Shown here: positions 25,289 through 34,887 of the stretch, piece after piece
How the letters are laid out: every line of letters begins with the position of its first letter
How positions within the stretch are numbered: position 1 is the first letter of the stretch
Assembly (NCBI GenBank): GCA_021769885.1
Contig: JAETSA010000001.1
Location: forward strand, 39,963-103,962
From: Bacillota bacterium
GTDB lineage: Bacteria; Bacillota; Clostridia; Oscillospirales; Acutalibacteraceae
DNA length: 64,000 bases
Direction: 5' to 3'
Notes under the pieces: model-generated
Seen by the model: only the letters and a program-made list of their open reading frames with translations
Told to the model about the DNA's origin: nothing
The model's database searches: none
Position numbers and translations under genes: made by a program

Positions 25289-27292
25289 TTAAATTTCTTC
25301 CGCCCGTTTCCGCTTTTGCGCATACACCGTGAATACGCCGACCAATGTAATCGGAGCAAGCATAAACGGCAGTGCGCTCGGCTTTTGTCCTTCGGTTTTC
25401 GGAATATCCTTATCAGCGGGCGGTGCAGGTTCCGTCGGCTCGGCAGTTGTCGGTTCGTCCGTAGGCTTTTCCGTGTTGGTTGCCTTTTCGGGGCGTCCCA
25501 AATCTGTAATCTCTGCCGAAATCGGTGCGGCAGTAATCAAATAGCTGTATTGTGCAGCATCTGCGGCGGATAGGGGCGTGAACGTAAAGGTTTTGCTCTT
25601 TAACTGTGCTTGATTATTATACAGAGTATATACCACCGTAATATCAAAGGGATTGGTGCAGTCTGCAAGCAGATGCTCGGGCAGGGTAATGTAGCCTGTT
25701 TCACCTGCCGCAATACGTTTCTTTACGGTCGGTTTTAACTCAAACTTCGCACCACCGACTTGGATATACCAAACACTGATTTCATATTCTTTGGAAAGAT
25801 TGCGAATCAACAGCTTGGTATCCGCCGCACTGTGGTAACCGGGGGAAGTACTGTCAAACCGCAGATAAATGCTGTCCACGGGATTTTGCGCAGAATTGAA
25901 CTGCGGGAATTTTTTATCGGAAAATACGTTTTGAATGGCATCTGTAAAGAAGAACGTCTTTACAAAATCTTCCGTGTATGGGTCGAAAATATACATCCCG
26001 TGGAACTGCCCGTTGATAAACCACGTGTTGTCGGGTAAATAAGCAGCCGTTGCGTCTATATTGCGTTCGGGTGAAATGTGCAAATGTGTTTTATCATTGC
26101 AATTTGTGCCCTTTGCGGTATAATTTTCAGCAAAGCAACTGTCAAACGGTGCGCAGAATGCACCTGATGAGGTTGTCGTATCAATAATATAATCGGAGTT
26201 CTTATTACTGCCTGTTACATTTTCGTGACCGTAATTTGTCAGAATGGCAACATTGGTACCCGCCTTTTGTGCACGTTCCAATCCTTTATGCATATTACGC
26301 AGTGCATCATAGTGGAATGCATCGGAAGCCGCAATAATTTCTGCGTTTTCAATTGGGTCGAGACGTTTTACTTTCGCTTCATCGTAGACTGCGAGTGGGC
26401 AGAAATCCCATATACTCGGAATATTTTTCACGATATCGATGATATAACGTTCGCACAAATCGGAAAGAACGGCATTCAAATTGTTAAAGCCGATATATTT
26501 GATCAGCCATTCGAACTCTTCCTCTGTGCCGAGTCCCAATTCCACAAACTTCAAAATTTTAGCATAATCCAAATTCAACGGATTGCCGAGCAGCGGGTCG
26601 CCGACCATCGTCGTACCGCCGATAGCAGGCGCGTCTAAAATAACCTTGCGCGCATCGCCTTTCCAGCCGAAATAATACAGATAAGAAGCGCCGCACTGCC
26701 CGCCGTGGCTTAAGCCAAAAATATCCACTTGCTTCGCACCGGTCAGGGATTTGACTTCCTGAATAAATTCGTCAATCGCTTTGGCGTAGGCAACCTGCCC
26801 TTTGCGCCAATCATAATGAAATACGAAAATATTGTCTGCGCCGCGTTCCTTTTCCATAATCTCTACAAGATGTGTTTCGGCAATCAGATTTTCTTCGCCG
26901 TTTGCACGAAGTGTGGATACGCGCGAATGTGCTGCTGAGGTGATATGCGGCACAACATTGTATTTTGAAGTGCCGTCAGGATTGCAGAGAATCGGTTCCA
27001 TCGTTTCCTGCAGTACACCGCCGAGAATATCCACAAGCTGTGTTGTGTTTCCCTGGAAAACGTCACCTGCCGTACCGGCGATATCCGGCAGTGCGGCAAC
27101 AATGCGATCCTTGACTTTCGAAAAATCCAAGCCCCAGACCTGTTCACCCGTGTCGGCGTTGTCCAAACGCGGACCGCTGTAGCCCTGCAAAATAACCAAC
27201 GGCGTTTGGTCTTTTTCGGCCGCAAATGCACTGAGCGGCACAATAGAGAAGAGGAGAAGCACGGCCAATAAAATCGATAAGAACCTTTTCAT
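25289..27292 (-). CDS. Secreted, C-terminally anchored alpha/beta-hydrolase lipase/acyltransferase (LCAT-like)
   Basis: Signal peptide MKRFLSILLAVLLLFSIVPLSAFA. HYDWRKGQ plus the nucleophile elbow FGLSHGG match the LCAT/PLA2G15-type spacing. A P/T/E linker follows, then a hydrophobic helix and a KRKRAEEI tail. Confidence 0.6.
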   Translation of the reverse strand: MKRFLSILLAVLLLFSIVPLSAFAAEKDQTPLVILQGYSGPRLDNADTGEQVWGLDFSKVKDRIVAALPDIAGTAGDVFQGNTTQLVDILGGVLQETMEPILCNPDGTSKYNVVPHITSAAHSRVSTLRANGEENLIAETHLVEIMEKERGADNIFVFHYDWRKGQVAYAKAIDEFIQEVKSLTGAKQVDIFGLSHGGQCGASYLYYFGWKGDARKVILDAPAIGGTTMVGDPLLGNPLNLDYAKILKFVELGLGTEEEFEWLIKYIGFNNLNAVLSDLCERYIIDIVKNIPSIWDFCPLAVYDEAKVKRLDPIENAEIIAASDAFHYDALRNMHKGLERAQKAGTNVAILTNYGHENVTGSNKNSDYIIDTTTSSGAFCAPFDSCFAENYTAKGTNCNDKTHLHISPERNIDATAAYLPDNTWFINGQFHGMYIFDPYTEDFVKTFFFTDAIQNVFSDKKFPQFNSAQNPVDSIYLRFDSTSPGYHSAADTKLLIRNLSKEYEISVWYIQVGGAKFELKPTVKKRIAAGETGYITLPEHLLADCTNPFDITVVYTLYNNQAQLKSKTFTFTPLSAADAAQYSYLITAAPISAEITDLGRPEKATNTEKPTDEPTTAEPTEPAPPADKDIPKTEGQKPSALPFMLAPITLVGVFTVYAQKRKRAEEI

Positions 27293-27472
27293 AAAAATGC
27301 CCCTTTGTAAAAAATAAATAAAATATTTGCCGTTGCCAAAGAAATATAATTAAATTCTACCATATTTGTTTATAATTTGTCAATCGACAACTAACACCTA
27401 TCTGTTCATTTGTATTTTTTAAGAGAATGTGTTATACTGATGATAACTGTAGAAGACAGAAGAGGAGCTTTT

Positions 27473-28906
27473 ATGAAAGAAAGTTATCAAATTGCGGCGG
27501 AGGTAACCCCATCCGAACGCCAGCTCAAATGGCAGGAGCTGGAATTTTATGCGTTTTGTCATTTTGGTATGACTACATTTACAGGACAGGAATGGGGTGA
27601 CGGCAAAACGCCTCCCGAAGTATTTAATCCGACCGATTTCGATGCTGAACAGTGGGCGAAAGCAATTAAATCCGCAGGAATGCGAGGTTTAATTCTGACT
27701 TGTAAGCACCACGACGGATTTTGTCTGTGGCCGAGTGCTTACACGGAATATTCCGTAAAAAACAGTCCGTTTCGCGAGGGACAGGGAGATGTTGTACGTG
27801 AAGTTTCAGATGCCTGCAAAAAGTACGGTTTAAAATTCGGGGTATATTTATCTCCGTGGGATCGTCACGAGCAGACTTACGGGCAAGGGGAAGCCTATAA
27901 TACATATTATAAGAATCAGCTGCGCGAGCTTTTATCGAACTACGGCGAACTGTTTTGTGTTTGGTTGGACGGTGCTTGCGGCGAGGGCAAAAATGGAAAA
28001 GTGCAAAAATATGACTGGCAGGGATATTATGCGGTAATGCGGGAATTACAGCCGAATGCCGTCATCAGTATCAGCGGCCCGGATGTGCGTTGGATCGGCA
28101 ATGAGGCAGGTGTGTGCAGAAAAGCGGAATGGAGCGTCGTGCCGTCTTGGCTTGCGATTAACGAATATGTCGCCGAAAAATCTCAAAAGACGGATGATAG
28201 GAAGTTTGCGAAAAAGCACAATTCGATGACTTTGGATTTAGGCTCCCGAAAAGCTATCAAGGGCGAAACGGATTTGATTTGGTATCCTGCAGAAGTGGAT
28301 GTTTCCATCCGTCCGGGTTGGTTTTATCACGCAAAAGAGGACAGCAAGGTAAAATCTTTGGATAAGCTGTTCAAAATCTATTTAAATTCTGTCGGCGGAA
28401 ACGCTTCGTTGCTTTTGAATATTCCGCCGGATAAAACAGGGCGGCTTGCGCAAGTTGATGCCTTGACGTTGGATTCATTCGGCAGAATGCTGCAAAGGGA
28501 ATTTCCTGTTGATTTGTTGCAGGGGGCACGTGCAAGCGCAACAAGCGAAGTGGATAATGAACACGGTGCAGGAAATGTCTTAGCGGACGATGACGGCTTC
28601 TGGCAATCTGCACAGGATGAAGAGGAACCGGAACTGATTTTAGATTTTGGCAACCAAACAGCGTTCGACAGTCTGATTTTACAGGAAAATATTCGTACCG
28701 GACAGCAGATAGAAGAATTTGATGTCGCCGTGCAGAAGGGAAATCATTGGAAAAAAATCGGAAAATACACCATTATCGGGTATAAACGTATTTGCCGATT
28801 TAAAAAGACATATAAAACGCGTAAAATTCGGATTCGAATCCGCAGCCATCGTGGAAAGGCAACCTTGCGTCGAGTTTGTGCGTATAAACGAAACGAACTG
28901 GTTTAG
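27473..28906 (+). CDS. Alpha-L-fucosidase (GH29) with a C-terminal discoidin (F5/8 type C)-like domain
   Basis: GH29 signature LILTCKHHDGFCLWPS and WLDGA. ATG at 27473 behind GAGGAG. No signal peptide is visible. Confidence 0.85.
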   Translation: MKESYQIAAEVTPSERQLKWQELEFYAFCHFGMTTFTGQEWGDGKTPPEVFNPTDFDAEQWAKAIKSAGMRGLILTCKHHDGFCLWPSAYTEYSVKNSPFREGQGDVVREVSDACKKYGLKFGVYLSPWDRHEQTYGQGEAYNTYYKNQLRELLSNYGELFCVWLDGACGEGKNGKVQKYDWQGYYAVMRELQPNAVISISGPDVRWIGNEAGVCRKAEWSVVPSWLAINEYVAEKSQKTDDRKFAKKHNSMTLDLGSRKAIKGETDLIWYPAEVDVSIRPGWFYHAKEDSKVKSLDKLFKIYLNSVGGNASLLLNIPPDKTGRLAQVDALTLDSFGRMLQREFPVDLLQGARASATSEVDNEHGAGNVLADDDGFWQSAQDEEEPELILDFGNQTAFDSLILQENIRTGQQIEEFDVAVQKGNHWKKIGKYTIIGYKRICRFKKTYKTRKIRIRIRSHRGKATLRRVCAYKRNELV

Positions 28907-28989
28907 AGCTTTACAATATTCAAATTTTAACTTGAAATGAAGCTTGTCTTGCAAGGAAAATCGGCTGTAAAGCTAAGTGGCTTCACAAA

Positions 28990-29035
28990 ACGCGTCTCAC
29001 TCGTAAAGCAAATTCGCTTTACGGGCGAGACGCGT
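28990..29035. terminator. Long hairpin (probable terminator shared by convergent fucosidase and ttcA-like genes)
   Basis: ACGCGTCTCACTCGTAAAGC (28990..29009), loop AAATTC, GCTTTACGGGCGAGACGCGT (29016..29035). The 20 bp stem has 1 mismatch and 1 G-U pair. CAAAA precedes it, which reads UUUUG on the minus strand. Confidence 0.5.
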
Positions 29036-29221
29036 AAAATTAACCCTAAAAACCCTTAAAAATCAAAGTTTTTAACATTATGAACAGAGTTTTGAACATT
29101 TTCTTCGTTAAAAAGATTTCTATCTCAAATCGGAAAAGTTGAACCAAAATCCTTTTTATTGTGTATGATTTGCTCCGATTTTTGAATTATTTTGAATATT
29201 GCCCTGCAAAATGAACATCCT

Positions 29222-29932
29222 TTACCAACCGTCAATTTCACCGCGTTCCAGCGCGCCGACAATTTTCTTTTGAATGGCGGGGTAGTCTTTTTCCAATGTT
29301 TTGAGTAAATTTTTTACGGTTTGCCGCTCAGTTTCCTTGTCGGCGGGGCATTTGCTTTTCGTGATTGGCAGATTCAGTCGCTTGGCCGCCGATGTCACTT
29401 CGCTTTCGCGGGCAAATATCAGTGGTCGAATCAAATATAATTCTTTATTGGATAGATAAGAAATAGGGGAAAAGCAGCCGATTCTTCCGCCGGAAAACAG
29501 ATTCATTGTAAATGTTTCGGCGGCGTCATCCAAATGATGCCCCAGCGCAACCTTGTTACAGCCGTTTGCTTTGGCTGTGTCGTGTAAAATGCCGCGGCGC
29601 ATTTTGGCACACAAGCTACACGGATTTTTTTCCTGACGTGTTTCAAAAATGACTTCCCAAAGATTGGTGCGTTTGATAATATATTCTATATTTAATTGTT
29701 TGCAAAGTGCTTCAATTTCCGAAAAATCACCGCATTTGCCGCCGAACTGATAATCTAATGTGACGGCAACAATTTCGAATTGCACAGGATAGAACGACCG
29801 CAGGCGGGCTAATGCATATAGCAGTACAAGCGAATCCTTACCGCCGGACACACCGACGGCAATGCGATCGCCCGCAGAAATCATATCGTATTTATCCACT
29901 GCCGCGCGGCAAAGACTCAAAATACGTTTCAA
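29222..29932 (-). CDS. PP-loop ATPase, tRNA 2-thiocytidine synthase TtcA-like
   Basis: PP-loop motif GVSGGKDSLVL and Cys motif PCSLCAKMRRG. The track ORF extends to 29998. I prefer TTG at 29932/29935, behind GGAGG (29941..29945), which gives the usual N-terminal length. Confidence 0.8.
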   Translation of the reverse strand: MKRILSLCRAAVDKYDMISAGDRIAVGVSGGKDSLVLLYALARLRSFYPVQFEIVAVTLDYQFGGKCGDFSEIEALCKQLNIEYIIKRTNLWEVIFETRQEKNPCSLCAKMRRGILHDTAKANGCNKVALGHHLDDAAETFTMNLFSGGRIGCFSPISYLSNKELYLIRPLIFARESEVTSAAKRLNLPITKSKCPADKETERQTVKNLLKTLEKDYPAIQKKIVGALERGEIDGW

Positions 29933-30108
29933 CAAAAACGCCTCCAATTGCGTAACAAAGCTTGATTTTGTGTAATATTTTAGCGTAATATAAAGCATAA
30001 GTAAATATTTTTTGAAAAATAATCTTTTAGAAAATTATATGAAAAATAGAGAATTTAAGAGAAAATCAGAGAAAACATATTTCCTCGTTAAAATTTTTAA
30101 AAAAGTTG

Positions 30109-30137
30109 TTGACGAATCGGAAAAGGCGTGGTAAGAT
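30109..30137 (+). promoter_or_regulatory. Sigma-A promoter of rplM-rpsI
   Basis: TTGACG (30109..30114), a 17 nt spacer, then TAAGAT (30132..30137) with an upstream TGG extension. An A/T-rich UP-like tract lies upstream. Confidence 0.65.
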
Positions 30138-30185
30138 ATTCAAGCATTTTAAGAATGAAACGTATAGAAAACGGAGGTTACGTCT

Positions 30186-30614
30186 ATGTCAACTTATATG
30201 CCTAAAGCCGGCGACATCAGCCGCGATTGGTATGTGCTTGATGCAAACGGCAGAACACTCGGTGAAGTTGCTGTTGAAGCGGCTACGCTTCTTCGCGGCA
30301 AACATAAACCGACTTTTGCACCCCACGCAGACTGCGGTGACAATGTCATCATCATCAATGCGGAAAAGGTCGTTCTGACCGGCAACAAGCTTGAGCAGAA
30401 AATGTATTATCATCACACGGGCTACATCGGCAATATGAAAGAGGTTCAATATAAGACCCTTATGGCTGAAAAACCCGAATTTGCCGTCAAAAAGGCTGTT
30501 AAGGGAATGCTTCCCGCAAACACCATCGGCAGAAAATCGCTTACCAGACTGCACATTTACAAGGGCGCTGAGCATGCACATCAGGCACAGAAGCCCGTTG
30601 TAAGAGAATTCTAA
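30186..30614 (+). CDS. rplM: 50S ribosomal protein L13
   Basis: 142 aa with the conserved N-terminus WYVLDA.G..LG..A...A..LRGKHKP.F.PH.D.GD.VI. Confidence 0.95.
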   Translation: MSTYMPKAGDISRDWYVLDANGRTLGEVAVEAATLLRGKHKPTFAPHADCGDNVIIINAEKVVLTGNKLEQKMYYHHTGYIGNMKEVQYKTLMAEKPEFAVKKAVKGMLPANTIGRKSLTRLHIYKGAEHAHQAQKPVVREF

Positions 30615-30633
30615 GAAAGGGAGGCAAATTATT

Positions 30634-31032
30634 ATGTACGAAACCACACCTTATTTCTACGGTACGGGCAGAAGAAAAAAATCTGTTGCTCGTGTCCGCG
30701 TTTATGCGGGTACAGGTAAGATTACCGTGAATGACAGAGATATTGATGATTATTTCGGTCTTGAAACCTTGAAGTTGATTGTACGTCAGCCTCTCGCACT
30801 TACCGGGACTGCCGACAAGTTTGACATTGTCTGCAAAGTTGCAGGCGGCGGTGTTACCGGTCAGGCAGGTGCAATCCGCCACGGTCTTTCCCGTGCGCTT
30901 TTGCAGTATGACGAAAATCTTCGTGCCGAGCTCAAAAAAGCAGGCTTCCTGACACGTGACCCGAGAATGAAAGAAAGAAAGAAATACGGTCTCAAAGGCG
31001 CTCGCCGTGCACCGCAGTTCTCCAAGAGATAA
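30634..31032 (+). CDS. rpsI: 30S ribosomal protein S9
   Basis: 132 aa with GTGRRK...ARV and a C-terminal [17 protein letters not shown]. Confidence 0.95.
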   Translation: MYETTPYFYGTGRRKKSVARVRVYAGTGKITVNDRDIDDYFGLETLKLIVRQPLALTGTADKFDIVCKVAGGGVTGQAGAIRHGLSRALLQYDENLRAELKKAGFLTRDPRMKERKKYGLKGARRAPQFSKR

Positions 31033-31066
31033 CTTCTTTCCGTTTACAAAAAAAATATATATTTTT

Positions 31067-31098
31067 ATCCCCTGCGATTTCTCGCAGGGGATTTTTTT
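31067..31098 (+). terminator. Rho-independent terminator of rplM-rpsI
   Basis: ATCCCCTGCGA (31067..31077) pairs with TCGCAGGGGAT (31082..31092), followed by TTTTTTT. Confidence 0.85.
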
Positions 31099-31115
31099 GC
31101 TTTATAGTTTTTTCG

Positions 31116-31164
31116 AAAATAAAAATGTCCCCGCCGAACAGTCAATCACTGTATCGGTGGGGAC
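31116..31164 (-). terminator. Rho-independent terminator of the alpha-galactosidase gene
   Basis: GTCCCCGCCGA (31127..31137) pairs with TCGGTGGGGAC (31154..31164). The plus-strand A-run at 31116..31126 forms the minus-strand U-tail. Confidence 0.65.
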
Positions 31165-31175
31165 TGAAGTTTTGT

Positions 31176-32888
31176 TTATAAAATTTTTCCGTGCTCTAAG
31201 TCGAATTTGAATTGATTCGGCTCGCCGTTTTCAAGATATTGTATATCTAAGGCGCGTCGGTCATTCGACAGAAACTCTGCCTTTTGTATTTGAATATCGT
31301 CCTTTTGGAATGTTTTGAGCAGTGTTTGCATTTGCAGCTGATTGTAATCATCGACATTGTCTGAAGTGAACAAAACGCTGCCAAACAGCTTGTTGACTGT
31401 CGAAATGATTTTGCGTTGCTCAAAGTTGCATTTCATATTATTTTCACGGAGAAGGAACACGTCCGGGTCATTGCGGAATGCTCTGCCGTCGAGCTGACGA
31501 CGGAAAATAGTATTACCGAGTGTATTGATGGTAGAAACATTTTCGCGGTGCGTAAAGGTAATGCAATTCCAGGTAAGTCCCATATCTGCACCGATGCGGC
31601 AGTAGTCAACTTTTCCGAAGGCGGGGAACAAGGGAACACCGCAGCCGAGAATTTGTTTTTCGCCCACGCACTCACGAAGGAAATCCATAGCCTCGCACAT
31701 CAACTGACCGCGGGTTTTGCCGTGATTCGGAATGATTGCCGCAGCATACAGGAAATCAAGCTTCACAAGGTCATAGCCCCAATCATTCAGCACGACATCA
31801 AAAACGTGACGGATATATTCACGCGCCTCAGGGTTTTCAATATCCAAGGCATAAAAGCCGCCCCAATTCAGTCCGCAGCGAACAGGTTTACCTTTTTTGT
31901 CACGAATAATCCAATCAGGATGCGCTTTCGCAACCTCGGAGACATATTGCGCACCGAAAGGCGCAAGCCACAGTCCTGCCGCCATACCCTTTTGATGAAT
32001 TTTATCTGCGATGACTTTCATCCCGCAGGGGAATTTTTTGGAATCGACCGAAAGCCAATCGCCGACATTGGTCTGATAGCCGTCATCAATTTGGAAAATA
32101 TCGATATCGGCCTCCACCTTTGAAAGGGCTTCTAAATCGTCTGAAACGATTTTCTCATTGATATTCGGATAATAATTATACCAGGTTGTATAGCCGTTCT
32201 TCACGGGTGCAGTCGCTTTCGGAATGCCGAGAAGAGTGAACCACTTGTCAAATACGGCATCTTCTGTTCCGTTCAAATGCACAATGTCCAGCACATCGTA
32301 TTCGCCGTCGATGGCAATACCGTCTAAATCTTTTTCAACCGTAATGGTGTTTTGGTTACAGTCAAATCGGAAAATAGTGTAGCCGGTTCTCTCGTTTAAT
32401 GAGGCGAACAAATCATAGCTTTCTCCGCGGCGAACGTATCCGTAAGAGAAGCCGTGAAACATACCCGGTTTTTTGTCATAAGAAACAAAGGTATAATCGC
32501 CGGAGGAACGGAACGAGGTTCCCATAATACCCAAACTGCAAATCGGGTCCAAATAAGAGGGTTTATCGTCTACAAACCATTCGCGGCAATCCGTCCAAGA
32601 CTGATAGCCGTTTAAAAAAACGCGGTCATCCGCAGAAAAGGTATAGGGAATGGTAATTGTCAGTTTTTTTATGCGTACAGGTGCAGGTGTTTGCATCCGC
32701 ATAGTGATGTGATCCTGAAACGCTTTGTAGTGCATACGGAAATGCTCCGTTTCAAACTGATTGGTGACGTATGCGGTTTTCCCGAAATTGTATTCAAGGT
32801 GCAGTTTGAATTTTTCCATAACGATAATATCCTCCGATATATGTTCAATATTTTCTTTAGTATACCATATATCTAAGAAATCGTGCAT
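31176..32888 (-). CDS. Alpha-galactosidase (melibiase-type, GH36/GH27 clan)
   Basis: Motifs IFQIDDGYQTNVGDW, KGMAAGLWLAPF, WGYDLVKLDFLY and RNDPDVF are typical of clan GH-D alpha-galactosidases. Confidence 0.75.
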   Translation of the reverse strand: MHDFLDIWYTKENIEHISEDIIVMEKFKLHLEYNFGKTAYVTNQFETEHFRMHYKAFQDHITMRMQTPAPVRIKKLTITIPYTFSADDRVFLNGYQSWTDCREWFVDDKPSYLDPICSLGIMGTSFRSSGDYTFVSYDKKPGMFHGFSYGYVRRGESYDLFASLNERTGYTIFRFDCNQNTITVEKDLDGIAIDGEYDVLDIVHLNGTEDAVFDKWFTLLGIPKATAPVKNGYTTWYNYYPNINEKIVSDDLEALSKVEADIDIFQIDDGYQTNVGDWLSVDSKKFPCGMKVIADKIHQKGMAAGLWLAPFGAQYVSEVAKAHPDWIIRDKKGKPVRCGLNWGGFYALDIENPEAREYIRHVFDVVLNDWGYDLVKLDFLYAAAIIPNHGKTRGQLMCEAMDFLRECVGEKQILGCGVPLFPAFGKVDYCRIGADMGLTWNCITFTHRENVSTINTLGNTIFRRQLDGRAFRNDPDVFLLRENNMKCNFEQRKIISTVNKLFGSVLFTSDNVDDYNQLQMQTLLKTFQKDDIQIQKAEFLSNDRRALDIQYLENGEPNQFKFDLEHGKIL

Positions 32889-32911
32889 CCAAATTTATTT
32901 ATCTTTTTTTG

Positions 32912-32940
32912 TTGATTTTGATGTCGGATTGCAGTAAAAT
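32912..32940 (+). promoter_or_regulatory. Sigma-A promoter of the phosphoglucomutase gene
   Basis: TTGATT (32912..32917), a 17 nt spacer, then TAAAAT (32935..32940). Confidence 0.5.
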
Positions 32941-32976
32941 AACAAAAAATGCGTTCGGTAAAGAGGTGCATAGCAT

Positions 32977-34617
32977 ATGCAATATACACAGCGTATGAAA
33001 GAGTGGCTTTTGTTTGATGAGGAAACGAAGCAGGAGCTGTTAAAAATTACGGATGAAAAAGAACTGGAAGACCGTTTTTATAAGGATTTGCAGTTCGGCA
33101 CGGGCGGACTGCGCGGGATTATGGGGGCAGGTCCGAACCGTATGAATAAATATACCGTCGGCAAGGCAACTTTAGGACTTGCAAATTATTTGCTTGAAAA
33201 TTTCAGCGGCGAAAAACGTGTTGTGATTGCCTATGATTCTCGCAATCATTCGTCGGAATTTGCAAAGGATGCGGCACAAGTGCTTGCCGCAAAGGGCATT
33301 ACGGTTTATCTGTTTACGCAGATTATGCCTACACCTGTTCTTTCCTTTTCGGTAAAACATTTGCAGTGCACGGCGGGAATTGTAATCACGGCAAGCCACA
33401 ATCCGAAAGAGTACAACGGCTATAAGGTTTACGATCAAAACGGCTGTCAGCTCGTGCCGAAATATGCAGATCAGGTGATTGCATATATCAATCGGATTAC
33501 CGATGTTCGGGCTGTGCCCCGTTTGGATTTTGAGGTTGCCAAATGCAGTGGACTTGTCCAAGAAGTCGGTGAAGAGGTTTTAGAAGCATTTCTTGCGGCT
33601 GTACGCACACAAAGCTTATATAGTGCCCCTTCTGATTTGAAAGTTGTATATACACCTTTGCACGGTACGGGAAATATTCCGGTGCGCCGCATCCTGTCGG
33701 CATATGATGTTTCTGTCGTATCGGCGCAGGAATTGCCTGATGGAAACTTTTCGACCGTGCGCTCTCCGAATCCCGAAGAAAAAGATGCACTGACGCTCGC
33801 AATCGAGCAGGCGCGGCAGGCGCAGGCGGATTTGGTGCTTGGTACCGACCCCGACTGCGACCGTGTCGGGATTGCTGTTCGGCATAAAGACGACTATGTT
33901 TTAATGAGCGGCAATCAGGTAGGCGCATTGCTTGTGGATTTTGCATTGCGCTTCAAAAAAGATACCGTAAATGAAAAATCGACGCTTGTTAAGACGATTG
34001 TAACCAATGACCTTGGGGCACAAATCGGCAGAAAATACGGGTTGCAGGTCGTTGAAACCTTAACCGGTTTTAAGTATATCGGGGACTGTATCAACCGCTA
34101 CGAGCAAGGCGGTAACAACGAATTTGTGATTGGTTACGAAGAAAGCTACGGTTATTTGGTTGGCACGCACGCACGTGATAAGGATGCGGTCGTTGCCTCG
34201 ATGCTGATTTGTGAAGCGGCGGCATATCATAAAGCGCACGGAAAAACCTTGGTTGACGCATTGACGGAGTTGTATCGGGAATACGGGTTCTATCGTGACG
34301 CGTTGGATTCCTTTACCTTAAAGGGCAAAGACGGCGCAGAGCGGATTCGAGACATTATGTCTGCTTTTCGCACTGCCGGTATTTCGGCGTTCCCGCAGGT
34401 GGCGCAGGTAATAGACTATGCGGAGGGCATAGGGAATTTGCCGAAAGAGAATGTTTTGAAATTTGTATTCGAAAGCGGAAGCTGGCTTGCGATTCGTCCT
34501 TCCGGCACAGAGCCGAAGCTGAAAGTTTATTATTCTGTGCGCGGCAAAAATGAAGCGGAAGCCGATGCCGATTTGGAAGCACTTCGAGAAAATATCCGTA
34601 AGACTTTAGGGGAGTAA
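32977..34617 (+). CDS. Phosphoglucomutase/phosphomannomutase (alpha-D-phosphohexomutase, PgcA-like)
   Basis: Phosphoserine loop ITASHNPKEYNGYKV, metal loop GTDPDCDRVG and sugar loop GYEESYG. Confidence 0.9.
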   Translation: MQYTQRMKEWLLFDEETKQELLKITDEKELEDRFYKDLQFGTGGLRGIMGAGPNRMNKYTVGKATLGLANYLLENFSGEKRVVIAYDSRNHSSEFAKDAAQVLAAKGITVYLFTQIMPTPVLSFSVKHLQCTAGIVITASHNPKEYNGYKVYDQNGCQLVPKYADQVIAYINRITDVRAVPRLDFEVAKCSGLVQEVGEEVLEAFLAAVRTQSLYSAPSDLKVVYTPLHGTGNIPVRRILSAYDVSVVSAQELPDGNFSTVRSPNPEEKDALTLAIEQARQAQADLVLGTDPDCDRVGIAVRHKDDYVLMSGNQVGALLVDFALRFKKDTVNEKSTLVKTIVTNDLGAQIGRKYGLQVVETLTGFKYIGDCINRYEQGGNNEFVIGYEESYGYLVGTHARDKDAVVASMLICEAAAYHKAHGKTLVDALTELYREYGFYRDALDSFTLKGKDGAERIRDIMSAFRTAGISAFPQVAQVIDYAEGIGNLPKENVLKFVFESGSWLAIRPSGTEPKLKVYYSVRGKNEAEADADLEALRENIRKTLGE

Positions 34618-34622
34618 GAGTA

Positions 34623-34856
34623 ATGGAAGACTATATAAATACAACGATTCGTCCGAAGATTCAGGGAGACGGCGGCGAAGTCACATTTCAAAGCTTGGAA
34701 GAGGATGTTTTGACGCTTATCTTCCAAGGGGAATGTTCTAAATGCTTGATTTTAGACCGCTGTACCGCGTGGATTGCGCAGGAAATTGAAAAAGATTTAG
34801 GGAAACGTGTGCACGTGTGCGCAATTCGTAAAAAGCCGTTCTTTTGGGATACATAA
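34623..34856 (+). CDS. NifU-like (Nfu C-terminal domain) Fe-S cluster protein
   Basis: 77 aa with IRP.IQGDGG.V and a CxxC motif (GECSKC). Confidence 0.7.
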   Translation: MEDYINTTIRPKIQGDGGEVTFQSLEEDVLTLIFQGECSKCLILDRCTAWIAQEIEKDLGKRVHVCAIRKKPFFWDT

Positions 34857-34887
34857 TTCGGATTCTTTATAAAAGGTAGGAGATACT

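Noticed and set aside
25274-25573. The 99 aa plus-strand ORF after the PadR-partner gene.
   Set aside because: It starts just after the bidirectional terminator hairpin (25231..25270), with no RBS, and is antisense to the 3' end of the lipase gene. Its Arg/Cys-rich product is implausible.
30138-30185. A possible ribosomal L13 leader structure upstream of rplM. A small ACGTA/TACGT stem brackets the GGAGG RBS.
   Set aside because: The leader is only about 45 nt and the stem is 5 bp. I cannot distinguish it from chance or match it to the Rfam L13 leader without a covariance-model scan.
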